DNA from: an uncultured Candidatus Saccharibacteria bacterium
Lineage (GTDB): Bacteria > Patescibacteriota > Minisyncoccia > Phycocordibacterales > Zambryskibacteraceae
Direction: 5' to 3'
DNA length: 64,000 nt
NCBI GenBank assembly: GCA_964504255.1
Contig: CAZDDU010000002.1
Coordinates: 60,385-124,384 of the forward strand
A program made the translations under genes and the position numbers. This document shows, in pieces, positions 9,404 through 17,842 of this stretch (its first letter is position 1; the number at the start of each line of letters is the position of its first letter). The notes below the pieces were generated by a model. It was not told the origin of the DNA, made no database searches, and saw only the letters and a list, made by a program, of their open reading frames with translations.

Positions 9404-9483
9404 TTGGAACTCCTCACTGTGGATGGAGAACTGCTTGATTCTGCCAGCAAAATACTACACTAAACACATTAAGTCAAATGAAA

Positions 9484-9505
9484 ATCCCGCCTTGCGAGCG
9501 GGACT
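9484..9505 (-). terminator. Terminator after rpmA (bidirectional hairpin).
   Basis: CCCGC-cttgcga-GCGGG. On the minus strand it is followed by ATTTTCATTT. Confidence 0.5.
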
Positions 9506-9509
9506 TCCT

Positions 9510-9782
9510 TTACATTACATTCATTACCTTTTTCTTCAGCACAGTGTTGTCGAAATGGGTCTTCCTCTTGTAGGTGAGAGTGACCTTACCATCCTTAAGT
9601 GCAAAGAGAGTGTGATCCTTGCCTATACCAACATTCTTACCAGGGAGGACATCTGTACCTCTCTGACGCACGAGGATCTGGCCCAACTTGGTAGTGGTGC
9701 CGTGGTTAACCTTAATACCTAGGTATTTTGGATTACTATCTCGCCCGTTTTTCGTTGTTCCACCAGACTTTTTTGTTGCCAT
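9510..9782 (-). CDS. rpmA: Ribosomal protein L27.
   Basis: [24 protein letters not shown]...VRQRGT matches the bL27 consensus. Confidence 0.9.
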   Translation of the reverse strand: MATKKSGGTTKNGRDSNPKYLGIKVNHGTTTKLGQILVRQRGTDVLPGKNVGIGKDHTLFALKDGKVTLTYKRKTHFDNTVLKKKVMNVM

Positions 9783-9800
9783 AGACTATAATTTAACTCA

Positions 9801-10181
9801 GTGAGTATACCCGAAGTCTTCCATTTTGACAATAGGGGAGAGGTAGTAGAAAAAAGCCCTATAAAGCCCTATTTTCTGGCTATAGTTATCATCCTGGTCT
9901 CCATCTTGTCCTTTGGGGTAGGTAGGCTGACCACCACTCAAAGAGAGGGAGTTAAGATCAATTTTGACCAGAGTTTGCTACAAAGCCCTGCCTCTACTGC
10001 AAATGTAGCAAGTGCTGTATCGGTACAGCCAGGTAAGATAAGCGCGTCGGTTAATGGCACTAGATACTACTACCCACACTGCAAGAGCACCGTCTCCGAG
10101 AAGAATAAAATATATTTCGACACTGCTGCCGAGGCTGAGGCCTCTGGTTACACCTTGGCACTCAGCTGCAAACCCAAATAG
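9801..10181 (+). CDS. Membrane-anchored small protein with an Ada-N-terminal-like (metal-binding-domain-like) C-terminal module.
   Basis: 126 aa. One TM helix (YFLAIVIILVSILSFGV). The C-terminus YYYPHCKSTVSEKNKIYFDTAAEAEASGY...SC follows the Ada N-terminal domain pattern C-x9-N-x2-FF-x-S-x2-EA-x-AAG(F/Y)RPC, but only 2 Cys are retained. The start is GTG, 8 nt after a TATAAT (9787-9792), so the transcript is effectively leaderless. The protein contains no internal Met. Confidence 0.5.
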   Translation: MSIPEVFHFDNRGEVVEKSPIKPYFLAIVIILVSILSFGVGRLTTTQREGVKINFDQSLLQSPASTANVASAVSVQPGKISASVNGTRYYYPHCKSTVSEKNKIYFDTAAEAEASGYTLALSCKPK

Positions 10182-10218
10182 GCTCGACTTTAAGCCAAAA
10201 AATGAGACAATAGAGTAA

Positions 10219-11499
10219 ATGAAGACCTTTGGGGAAAGAGTTGAGCACTTTGGGCGATCCATTTCTCTTGGATGGTTCTTGGCATATAGGCAAGTAAGAC
10301 GATCGAGCTTTGCTACTACGGCACTTATAGTCTTTGTGATGACTCTGACATTCCTCAACCTTGTTGTGGTGAGAGGGGTACTTGTGGGGTTGATACAGGG
10401 TTCTACGAATATCTATAAAGATAATTACGCTGGTGACATTATTATCACTAAATTACCAAAGAAGAATTATATAGAGCACAGTCAGGGTATTATCAGCAAT
10501 TTGGAGAGCCTTCCAGGTATAAGGGCATATACCTATCGCTATGCAGAGGGAGGGGAGATTGAAGCAAAGTACAAGGAGAAGGTTCGTCAGACAGATGATG
10601 CTAATTCTGCTGGGACCACTATTGTCGGTCTCGATCCGGATCGGGAGAATTCGGTCACACAAATTTCAAAGTTTATTATCGAAGGACGTTTTCTGAACTC
10701 AGATGATGTGGACGGTATAGTTCTTGGGTCAAGCTTACTCAAGAAGTATTTAAATATTGAGTCTCCAAATATTTCCTTGCTTGAAGACGTGGAGATCGGT
10801 GACAAGATCAGGGTTAGCATAGGAGGATTCCGTAAGGAATTTATTGTTCTTGGATTCTTGAAGAGCAAGACTGATGAAATAGATTTCAAGGCATTTATTG
10901 TAGAGTCTACAATGCGAGCTCTTGTGGGTCGCGGAGATTACAATGTTGATGAAATATCGGTAGTTCTCGAGCCGGGCTTGGATATGAATTTGATGAAAGA
11001 GAGTATCTTGCGTACTGGAGCAGGGGATTATGCAAGAGTGCTTACATGGGAGGAGTCATTGCCGAAATTTTTGTTAGATATTCAAAACACCTTTAGCATT
11101 CTAGGTAATGCCATAGGTTCAATCGGTTTGGTTGTTGCATCTATAACCATTTTTATCGTTATCTTCATCAATGCCATTACAAGAAGGAAGTACATTGGGA
11201 TACTTAAAGGTATTGGTGTTGATTCGAGTGCTATAGAGATGGCATATGTAATGCAGGCGATATTCTATGCCTTATTCGGCATAGCAGCTGGTCTCACTAT
11301 ACTTTATGGATTCCTGGTTCCATTCATTGATGCACATCCAATCAAATTCCCATTCTCTGATGGTATCTTGGTGGCAGAACTTGGTTCAACAATGATTCGA
11401 GCGCTGTTGCTTCTCATCGCGACGATTATTGCCGGATTCATCCCAGCCCGCTTGGTTGTTAAACAAAATACATTAGACGCTATTTTAGGCAAAACATAA
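10219..11499 (+). CDS. ABC transporter permease, FtsX/MacB-like.
   Basis: 426 aa. An N-terminal TM helix, a large extracytoplasmic domain and a C-terminal 3-TM FtsX-like bundle. Confidence 0.85.
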   Translation: MKTFGERVEHFGRSISLGWFLAYRQVRRSSFATTALIVFVMTLTFLNLVVVRGVLVGLIQGSTNIYKDNYAGDIIITKLPKKNYIEHSQGIISNLESLPGIRAYTYRYAEGGEIEAKYKEKVRQTDDANSAGTTIVGLDPDRENSVTQISKFIIEGRFLNSDDVDGIVLGSSLLKKYLNIESPNISLLEDVEIGDKIRVSIGGFRKEFIVLGFLKSKTDEIDFKAFIVESTMRALVGRGDYNVDEISVVLEPGLDMNLMKESILRTGAGDYARVLTWEESLPKFLLDIQNTFSILGNAIGSIGLVVASITIFIVIFINAITRRKYIGILKGIGVDSSAIEMAYVMQAIFYALFGIAAGLTILYGFLVPFIDAHPIKFPFSDGILVAELGSTMIRALLLLIATIIAGFIPARLVVKQNTLDAILGKT

Positions 11500-12194
11500 T
11501 GATCGAAGCAAAGTCATTAATTAAAAAGTTTAAGAGCGGAGATGATTTTATCTATGCTATTAGGGATGTCTCATTTAAGGTAGAGAGTGGGGAGTTCGTG
11601 GCTATTACAGGCAGATCTGGCTCGGGCAAAAGTACTCTTATGTACCAACTAGGTCTCCTCGATCACCCTAGTGATGGGCGGATCATTATAGATGGCCAGG
11701 ATATCACCGACCTCTCGGAGAAGGCTCGAACATCTCTGAGGTTGAACTCCTTGGGTTACATCTTTCAAGATTACGCCCTAATACCTGAACTTACTGCGTT
11801 TGAGAATGTTCTTATACCACTTATGATGCAGGGTCTCACAAACGAACAAGCAAAGAAGAAGGCTATTAAGTCTCTGGAAAGAATTGGACTAGGAGATAGA
11901 CTAGATCACTTGCCATCAATGCTCTCGGGTGGCCAACAACAAAGAGTCTCTATTGCGAGAGCTATAGCACATGAGCCAAAAATTATATTTGCTGATGAGC
12001 CAACAGCGAACCTAGATTCAGAGTCATCAAAATTAGTTTTAGAGAACTTTAAGGAGTTAAATAAAGAAGGACAAACAATTTTGATGGTGACTCATGAACC
12101 AGAATATGCGAAAATGACTGACAGAGTCATCACACTCTCCGACGGTAAGATCTTAAGCGATGAAAAACACAGACACCATCATGCAAAAAATTAA
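11499..12194 (+). CDS. ABC transporter ATP-binding protein (MacB/LolD-like).
   Basis: Walker A is GRSGSGKST. The ABC signature is LSGGQQQRVSIARA. Walker B is IIFADEPT. An ATAATG start/stop overlap links it to the permease. Confidence 0.9.
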   Translation: MIEAKSLIKKFKSGDDFIYAIRDVSFKVESGEFVAITGRSGSGKSTLMYQLGLLDHPSDGRIIIDGQDITDLSEKARTSLRLNSLGYIFQDYALIPELTAFENVLIPLMMQGLTNEQAKKKAIKSLERIGLGDRLDHLPSMLSGGQQQRVSIARAIAHEPKIIFADEPTANLDSESSKLVLENFKELNKEGQTILMVTHEPEYAKMTDRVITLSDGKILSDEKHRHHHAKN

Positions 12195-13692
12195 ATCATT
12201 TATAAAAACAAGAACTAAACTTCAAATAAGCATCTTTGTTCTTGTAATCATTATCGGATTCTTCTTGTTTACAGGAGGTGACAAGCCAAAGACCGAGTCT
12301 ATGGTCGAGAGGGGGGTGGTGGAGCAAGAAGTGGTAGCTACAGGTAAGGTGCGCTCTGCGAGCGAGGTAGACCTAGGCTTCGAGAGAAGTGGCAAGGTGG
12401 TAAGAGTAAACGCCAAGGTGGGTGACATGGTAGAAGAGGGTGCAACTCTCGTTGTACTCGACCAGAGTGACCTCTTAGCCGACATCAAGAAGGCTAATGC
12501 CTCCCTCAGCGAGGCACTTATCAATCTCGAGAAGGCTAAAAGAACGTCTTCCTCTGACTACTCCAATGCCTACAACAAGCTCTATATAGCTCTAACTGAC
12601 GCATATACGGACGCTAGAGACTCAGTGCTAAACACCGCTGACCGCTTCTTCTGGTCTCCTAAGAGTTCGTCCCCCAAACTCGAGATCAGTCATGTATCAA
12701 ATGGTAATGACATAAAGTTTTATATTGATGACACATTGGCAAGGAACATTAGTGTCGAGAGAGGTGCTTTAAACGATGTGTTTGCTGCATGGGACTTGTC
12801 TATAAGCGGCGCGAAGACTAGCACAAACGGGTTGGATGACGAACTTGCACTAACAGAGAAGAATATTGATAGAGTGAAGAATTTCTTGGCGGACCTTTCT
12901 TACATTCTCAACACAATCAAAGGTTATGATCAGTCGTATGAAAGTATTATTGCAGGCTATAAGTCCTCGATGACTACTGCACGCACTGCGCTCAACACCT
13001 CGCTCTCCGAACTCTTAACAGCTAAGTCGAGCTACTTGGATGCGCCAAACGAAGTATCGTCTGGATCTGGCTTTGATGATGTGCTCCAAGAGGAGTCAAG
13101 AGTGGAGGCGACTAGGGCTGATGTAGAATCCTTGCAGTCTGAGCTAAGCAAGACAGTGCTCAAGTCTCCAATTTCTGGTGTAATAACCAAGCAGGATGCT
13201 AAGGTGGGGGAGATAGTGACATCGGGCATGCAGACCACCTCAGTTGTGGCCGACAAGAACCTAGAAATAGTTGCCGATATATCGGAGGTGAACATTGGCA
13301 AGATAGAAGCAAGTAACACTGTGAAGATCTCTCTAGATGCCTTTCCTGGCGAGACAATACTAGGTAGGGTGCTTTATGTTGAACCAGGAGACAAGTTGGT
13401 AGATGGCGTGGTGAACTATGAGGTTCGAGTAGTCTTCGTTGGTGCTACACCAGAGAACATAAAGACAGGTTTAACATCTAGTTTGGCTATCAGCACCGAG
13501 AGGAAGGAGGATGTGCTCCGTATCCCTTCCTTCGCTGTTGAAAGGAGATCTGGTAAGAGGTTTGTGATCGTTAAGGGCAATGAGGGCGAGGAAGAGAGAG
13601 AAATACAGGTCGGAATCCTGGGTAAGGACGGCTTCGTAGAGGTCATAGAAGGACTTTCGGATGGTGAGATAGTACTCAGTGCCCAAAAGTAA
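12160..13692 (+). CDS. Periplasmic adaptor (HlyD/MacA-like membrane fusion protein).
   Basis: 510 aa. An N-terminal TM helix, a long coiled-coil/hairpin, a beta-barrel and a C-terminal MP domain. It overlaps the end of the ATPase gene. Confidence 0.75.
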   Translation: MKNTDTIMQKIKSFIKTRTKLQISIFVLVIIIGFFLFTGGDKPKTESMVERGVVEQEVVATGKVRSASEVDLGFERSGKVVRVNAKVGDMVEEGATLVVLDQSDLLADIKKANASLSEALINLEKAKRTSSSDYSNAYNKLYIALTDAYTDARDSVLNTADRFFWSPKSSSPKLEISHVSNGNDIKFYIDDTLARNISVERGALNDVFAAWDLSISGAKTSTNGLDDELALTEKNIDRVKNFLADLSYILNTIKGYDQSYESIIAGYKSSMTTARTALNTSLSELLTAKSSYLDAPNEVSSGSGFDDVLQEESRVEATRADVESLQSELSKTVLKSPISGVITKQDAKVGEIVTSGMQTTSVVADKNLEIVADISEVNIGKIEASNTVKISLDAFPGETILGRVLYVEPGDKLVDGVVNYEVRVVFVGATPENIKTGLTSSLAISTERKEDVLRIPSFAVERRSGKRFVIVKGNEGEEEREIQVGILGKDGFVEVIEGLSDGEIVLSAQK

Positions 13693-13810
13693 GGTAGAGG
13701 TGGGGGACAGACTCTCCTGTTTGACGAAATGCTACTAAACTAGCCTAGTACTTAGAACCAAAATATGGCTTTATTGTGCCACGATATACCAAATTACACC
13801 ATAAAAACCA

Positions 13811-13839
13811 TTGACAAGCGAGTCAAAAGGTGCTAGTAT
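13811..13839 (+). promoter_or_regulatory. Consensus sigma70 promoter (TTGACA-17-TAGTAT).
   Basis: TTGACA at 13811-13816, a 17-nt spacer, then TAGTAT at 13834-13839. It is followed by a structured leader of about 140 nt before the ATG at 13987. Confidence 0.55.
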
Positions 13840-13986
13840 ATACCCAATCAGCCAGTGCGCTGATTTTCGTTTCTAAAGGGCAATGGTAAGTCACAGACCC
13901 TTTACTTAACAGTTTAACCTTCAGTTATTTTACAGCTCGCATCGCTTAGTCTCGCCCTTGCTCTATCGGGTCAGCCTACTCCTACT

Positions 13987-14430
13987 ATGCTCCACAAGGT
14001 CAGTCCGATCTCGGAGATACACAGAGTGGCCTCAACAGACCCCAAAGAGATAAAGTCCGAAGACTATATGCCGATTACGGATCCTGCCAATGTGGAGCGA
14101 TTCATCGAAGATTATTTCTCCGATATTCCTGAACTCAAGAAGATTGCCTTCTGTGAGTCATCCTTCCGCCACTTCGAAAAGAATGGTGAGCCAAGGAGAG
14201 GAAGAGTAAATCGTTACGACGTTGGTGTGATGCAGATCAATGAGATGTATCATGCCAAGGAGGCAAGCGCACTTGGTCTCGACCTAGAGACTATCGACGG
14301 TAACGTGGCCTTCGCCCGACACCTCTATGAGAGGGAGGGGAGTAGACCATGGAACTCGTCATCCCCTTGTTGGGACAAGTCCGAGGATCTCGCAATCAAC
14401 ACTACTTCAAAGAACTTAGCTAAAAACTAA
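13987..14430 (+). CDS. Lysozyme-like / lytic transglycosylase (SLT-type) domain protein.
   Basis: AFCESSFRHF...YDVGVMQIN carries the catalytic-Glu ES motif and the G.MQ.N motif of goose-type/SLT lysozyme-like folds. The in-frame upstream 23 codons (…LQLASLSLALALSGQPTPT) look signal-like but have no canonical start codon. Confidence 0.6.
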   Translation: MLHKVSPISEIHRVASTDPKEIKSEDYMPITDPANVERFIEDYFSDIPELKKIAFCESSFRHFEKNGEPRRGRVNRYDVGVMQINEMYHAKEASALGLDLETIDGNVAFARHLYEREGSRPWNSSSPCWDKSEDLAINTTSKNLAKN

Positions 14431-14443
14431 TCTCTAAGAAGTC

Positions 14444-14473
14444 ACAAACCCCCACAGCAATGTGGGGGTTTGT
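14444..14473. terminator. Bidirectional rho-independent terminator.
   Basis: ACAAACCCCCACA-gcaa-TGTGGGGGTTTGT, a perfect 13-bp stem. It is flanked by TTTTTT (minus-strand sense) and TGTT (plus-strand sense). Confidence 0.55.
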
Positions 14474-14504
14474 TGTTATAAAAAACTGCACATAATTAGT
14501 GCAG

Positions 14505-14765
14505 TCATTCATTCACTAGAGCACTTATTTCATCGCAGGCACTCTTCCAGATTGCTTCCGACGATGGGTCCAGAAGAGTATCATCAGGGAGATTACGCCT
14601 CTTCGCATCAGTCATTCCCTTCATTTGGTTTTCACTGTTCATAGTATCGATTACGGCTTTGAGAAAAAGTTCGGCCGCAGTGCCCCTATTTTTACCCTTG
14701 TGGCAGTATAGGGAAGAGGCCACATCTCTAAGTTCCTTAGTGAACTCCTTGTAGGTCATCGGCAT
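14505..14765 (-). CDS. Hypothetical protein.
   Basis: 86 aa. A TTATAAT -10-like element lies upstream. No recognisable domain. Confidence 0.4.
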   Translation of the reverse strand: MPMTYKEFTKELRDVASSLYCHKGKNRGTAAELFLKAVIDTMNSENQMKGMTDAKRRNLPDDTLLDPSSEAIWKSACDEISALVNE

Positions 14766-14939
14766 TTTGATCTCCAGAGATGCGAGGTGTGTAGTGACTA
14801 GAATAAAGAGCTTGTATAAAACTATTATAACTTAATCCATGTGTTCGAATACATTCTTCATAGGGGAGTAGGCTTTATTAAGGTTTGTTCCTAGGCTATA
14901 TGCGTCGCACAATGTATCTTTTGCGACACTACTATAGGG

Positions 14940-16172
14940 CTAGAGGGTCTCCCCCATGGATGGAATATTTAAAAGCCGTCTTGGTCTTATGTCCCTCACT
15001 CTCATTGATCCTAGGCTCGACGCCAAGGCCATGGTTCTGCTCCCGTATCTCCTATCGAGGCCGTCTGTAATTTCAAAAATATTTTTCCAAATACTTTTCT
15101 TCTCGCTTTCTCCAAACAAATCCTCTTGGATTAGATCCTCAGGTACCAAATTGGCCAAAGTGACCCCAGTTGCCCTATATAGGGTCTCTTCGTCATATAT
15201 AGTGTCAAAGACCTTAAGAACCTCGTTCATTATGAGCGTTGGTGAGCTTGTGGCTTGTGCTAGTTGCATATCGATTCGTTTGTATCTAAATTCCTTGGTT
15301 TTGAGGAAGATATAGATGTGTTTGCTTGTAAGACTTAGTTGTCTTGCATGTGCAGAAGCTCTTTCTGCATTTCTAGAGAGTTCAGAGAGCAAGAACTTCT
15401 TATCTCTTGATGCTTTGCCGAAGGACTTAGTAGATTGAACACTCTTCTGATCATTTGTAGAAGTGTCGCTCGAGTGTAGTTGATGTACCTGAGTACCACG
15501 GAGTTCGTGCCAAGTCTCGAGAATCGGTCTAGAGAAATTTGATGATATATAACTCATAGGCCTTGATACAAAGTCGTGTGCAGTCCTTATGTTGTGGCGG
15601 TTAAGTTCTATAGTGCTCGACGGACCGATACCCCAGACACTGCCTATTTGGAGCTTCTGCAAGATCGTCTCAATGTTGTTCTTATCTATAATTGTTAGAC
15701 CATCAGGCTTCTCCCACTTGCTAGCTACTTTGGCCAAGACCTTCGTCTCTCCAAGTCCGATGCTAAATGTCATGCCGAGTTCTTTCCTTAAATCTTTCCT
15801 TATGGACTCTGCGATGCTTTTGTAGGTCGTGCCAGGCTTCTCAAGATGAGTGATATCAGCGAAGCATTCGTCTATAGAGTATTCCTCGACTATATCGGTG
15901 TAACGTCGCACAATATTGTACATCCTTTGAGCGAACATGCCATATATGTGATAGTGCGACTCGACTATAAGAGCTGTCGGATATAGCTTCCTAATCATGA
16001 ATACGGGCATACCCCGACTAACTCCTAAAGCCTTCGCCTCCTTGCTCATGGCAGTGGCTATCCCCCGCTCGTGGCCTGTCACCACTGGTTTGCCTTTAAG
16101 TTTGGGGTTCAGTGCTACCTCACACGAGGCGAAGAAGGAGTCCCCATCTATGTGTAGTATCGCTCTTCTCAT
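14940..16172 (-). CDS. Y-family (DinB/UmuC-type) translesion DNA polymerase.
   Basis: MRRAILHIDGDSFFASCE is the catalytic-Asp motif. SIDECFADIT follows. 410 aa. It lies 6 bp downstream of lexA. Confidence 0.85.
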   Translation of the reverse strand: MRRAILHIDGDSFFASCEVALNPKLKGKPVVTGHERGIATAMSKEAKALGVSRGMPVFMIRKLYPTALIVESHYHIYGMFAQRMYNIVRRYTDIVEEYSIDECFADITHLEKPGTTYKSIAESIRKDLRKELGMTFSIGLGETKVLAKVASKWEKPDGLTIIDKNNIETILQKLQIGSVWGIGPSSTIELNRHNIRTAHDFVSRPMSYISSNFSRPILETWHELRGTQVHQLHSSDTSTNDQKSVQSTKSFGKASRDKKFLLSELSRNAERASAHARQLSLTSKHIYIFLKTKEFRYKRIDMQLAQATSSPTLIMNEVLKVFDTIYDEETLYRATGVTLANLVPEDLIQEDLFGESEKKSIWKNIFEITDGLDRRYGSRTMALASSLGSMRVRDIRPRRLLNIPSMGETL

Positions 16173-16178
16173 TATTAA

Positions 16179-16745
16179 TTATTTCTTATATTTTCTTATC
16201 ACAGCTCTTACGACTGCGGGTATAGATAGAGACTCTTCGGGGTATATGTCATCAAACTTTTCGTTAGCGGCTTCTAAATAAACTTTTTTGTTTTTCATTC
16301 GGTAGTACTTCATGGTGTACTCGCCATCGACTTCGGCTATCACTATGTCGCCAATCTTAGGTGTCACCCCTCGCTCTACTAACACCGTGTCTCCTGGGAG
16401 TATTCCCGCATTGATCATGCTCTCACCCTTCACGGTGAGCATATATGTCGCCTCTTTTTTTTCTACGAGCCATTCATCTAGACTCATGGTGTCTAAGAGT
16501 TCTTCGGATGCCGATGTGGGGAACCCAGCTTCCACCACTCCTAGGACCATGATCTCCCCCAAGTTCTTTGGTAAGAGTCTGCCCGTATCATCTCTGTCGA
16601 TGAAGCCCTTCTTAATAAGTTTGTCTGCGAAGTAGTGCACAGCAGATTTACTCTTGTAGCCCAATAGTCTCTGAAGTTCCGAGTAACTCGGCATCCTCTT
16701 CTCCTCTCTATAAAAGTCTGCAATCTTAGCTACTTCTAATTCCAT
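16179..16745 (-). CDS. lexA: LexA-like repressor (N-terminal wHTH plus S24 peptidase).
   Basis: The N-terminus has a LexA-type wHTH. An Ala-Gly cleavage-site region reads VVEAGFP. The S24 Ser is in VKGESMINAGI, and the Lys is in KYYRMKNKK. Confidence 0.8.
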   Translation of the reverse strand: MELEVAKIADFYREEKRMPSYSELQRLLGYKSKSAVHYFADKLIKKGFIDRDDTGRLLPKNLGEIMVLGVVEAGFPTSASEELLDTMSLDEWLVEKKEATYMLTVKGESMINAGILPGDTVLVERGVTPKIGDIVIAEVDGEYTMKYYRMKNKKVYLEAANEKFDDIYPEESLSIPAVVRAVIRKYKK

Positions 16746-16768
16746 ATCATTAGTATATCATCCAATTA

Positions 16769-16780
16769 GAACAATCGTTC
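16769..16780. promoter_or_regulatory. Cheo-type LexA box GAACAATCGTTC.
   Basis: A perfect GAAC-N4-GTTC palindrome 24 bp upstream of the lexA start codon. Confidence 0.6.
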
Positions 16781-16817
16781 TAAACCAGTGGATAAGAAAA
16801 AGACCCATAAAAATGGG

Positions 16818-17162
16818 TCATGTCTGTACTACAAGCTCACAATACGAAACTGGAGCCAGTACTATGCGGAGATGAACTCCACCAGTCTGCATCCCAGCTT
16901 CTTCCATGATACCCTTCAGCCATTCAGCGATCATATCTCGCCTTTCGTTCAGATTGACTGCACGGGTCTCACGGTGGTTGCAGGTGATATCGATGAATAT
17001 CGTAGAAAGATGTGAGACAGAGATCTGTTGCACCACGACCGTGTCCACATCCAGACTCTTCTTAACTACTGCTTCGATCTCCCGATGAACTCTTAAGGTG
17101 AGGGCCATCTTCACGTCAGGTTCAAGGAATTGATCGTTCACATAGATAGTCACGAGTGGCAT
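16818..17162 (-). CDS. Possible tautomerase-superfamily (4-OT/MIF-like) protein. Weak call.
   Basis: If translation starts at M25 of the ORF, the protein begins MPLVTIYVND.., i.e. Pro-1 after Met removal. Two beta-alpha-beta-like repeats follow. The ORF track extends to 17234 with a TTG start. Confidence 0.3.
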   Translation of the reverse strand: MPLVTIYVNDQFLEPDVKMALTLRVHREIEAVVKKSLDVDTVVVQQISVSHLSTIFIDITCNHRETRAVNLNERRDMIAEWLKGIMEEAGMQTGGVHLRIVLAPVSYCELVVQT

Positions 17163-17281
17163 TGGGAGCCTCATAGGAGGGTGAAGGTTCAAAATGACTA
17201 TCCCCACCCTATCGACAAGGAGACTCATTGTCAAAGCACTTCTTTTCCTAGCCCTCCCCTAGGTAAAAAACTTAGGATAAG

Positions 17282-17305
17282 AAAAACCACCCTATCTACG
17301 GGTGG
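17282..17305 (-). terminator. Terminator of P1.
   Basis: CCACCC-tatctac-GGGTGG followed by TTTTT on the minus strand, immediately after the P1 stop. Confidence 0.55.
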
Positions 17306-17306
17306 C

Positions 17307-17795
17307 CTAAGTATCTGGATGAAGTCTATGGAAGTTTTGCTTCGCAATCTCTCGCTTGAGAAGACTCATATGTGGCTGGAATACGAGAGTCGAGTCACTC
17401 AGTCCTTTGGTGCTACAAATTGTACATGTCAGTCGGCTGAGACCACTCGAAGTCGTATCGTCGACCACTCGGTGACCATCGTCCTCTCGAACTCTTGTGA
17501 TATCAACTTCAAGTGCTCCTTGGAGGATGAGTGGGAGTCCACCAAGATTGTGTCTGATCATCGTATCTGCCTCACCAGCAAGGACCTTGAAGTCCGCTTC
17601 CTCCTCGTCGGTGACAATCTTCACGCTGATAGAGAGCATTCTCGATTCATCGGTGGTCCTTGGGGGCCTGATGCTCGCAAGAACTCTCTCCGTTTTGAAG
17701 ACTGTCTTGATGATTATTGGCAGGCTGATGATAAGTTGCCCCAACTCTCTGTCGCTAACGAAGCGCTGGTCTCGGAAGATCTCGATCGTATTCAA
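17307..17795 (-). CDS. P1: the Cys/His small-domain family member that carries a 105-aa N-terminal extension.
   Basis: 162 aa with a TTG start. GAGGTGA lies upstream. A promoter reads TTGACA-17-TAAAGT. The C-terminal 55 aa are paralogous to P2 and P3. Confidence 0.6.
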   Translation of the reverse strand: MNTIEIFRDQRFVSDRELGQLIISLPIIIKTVFKTERVLASIRPPRTTDESRMLSISVKIVTDEEEADFKVLAGEADTMIRHNLGGLPLILQGALEVDITRVREDDGHRVVDDTTSSGLSRLTCTICSTKGLSDSTLVFQPHMSLLKREIAKQNFHRLHPDT

Positions 17796-17842
17796 AGGTC
17801 ACCTCGCGAAGGATTGTCTGGTATGACTTTACTAGTTTACAT

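Noticed and set aside
9161-9463. A 100-aa plus-strand ORF antisense to the 77-aa Cys protein.
   Set aside because: Its composition is low-complexity (ASAALAESRLPFDLL). It has no SD. The minus-strand ORF has SD, promoter and terminator.
14830-14860. A second LexA box (TCGAACACATGG).
   Set aside because: Only one GAAC half-site is present. The partner half is GGAT, not GTTC.
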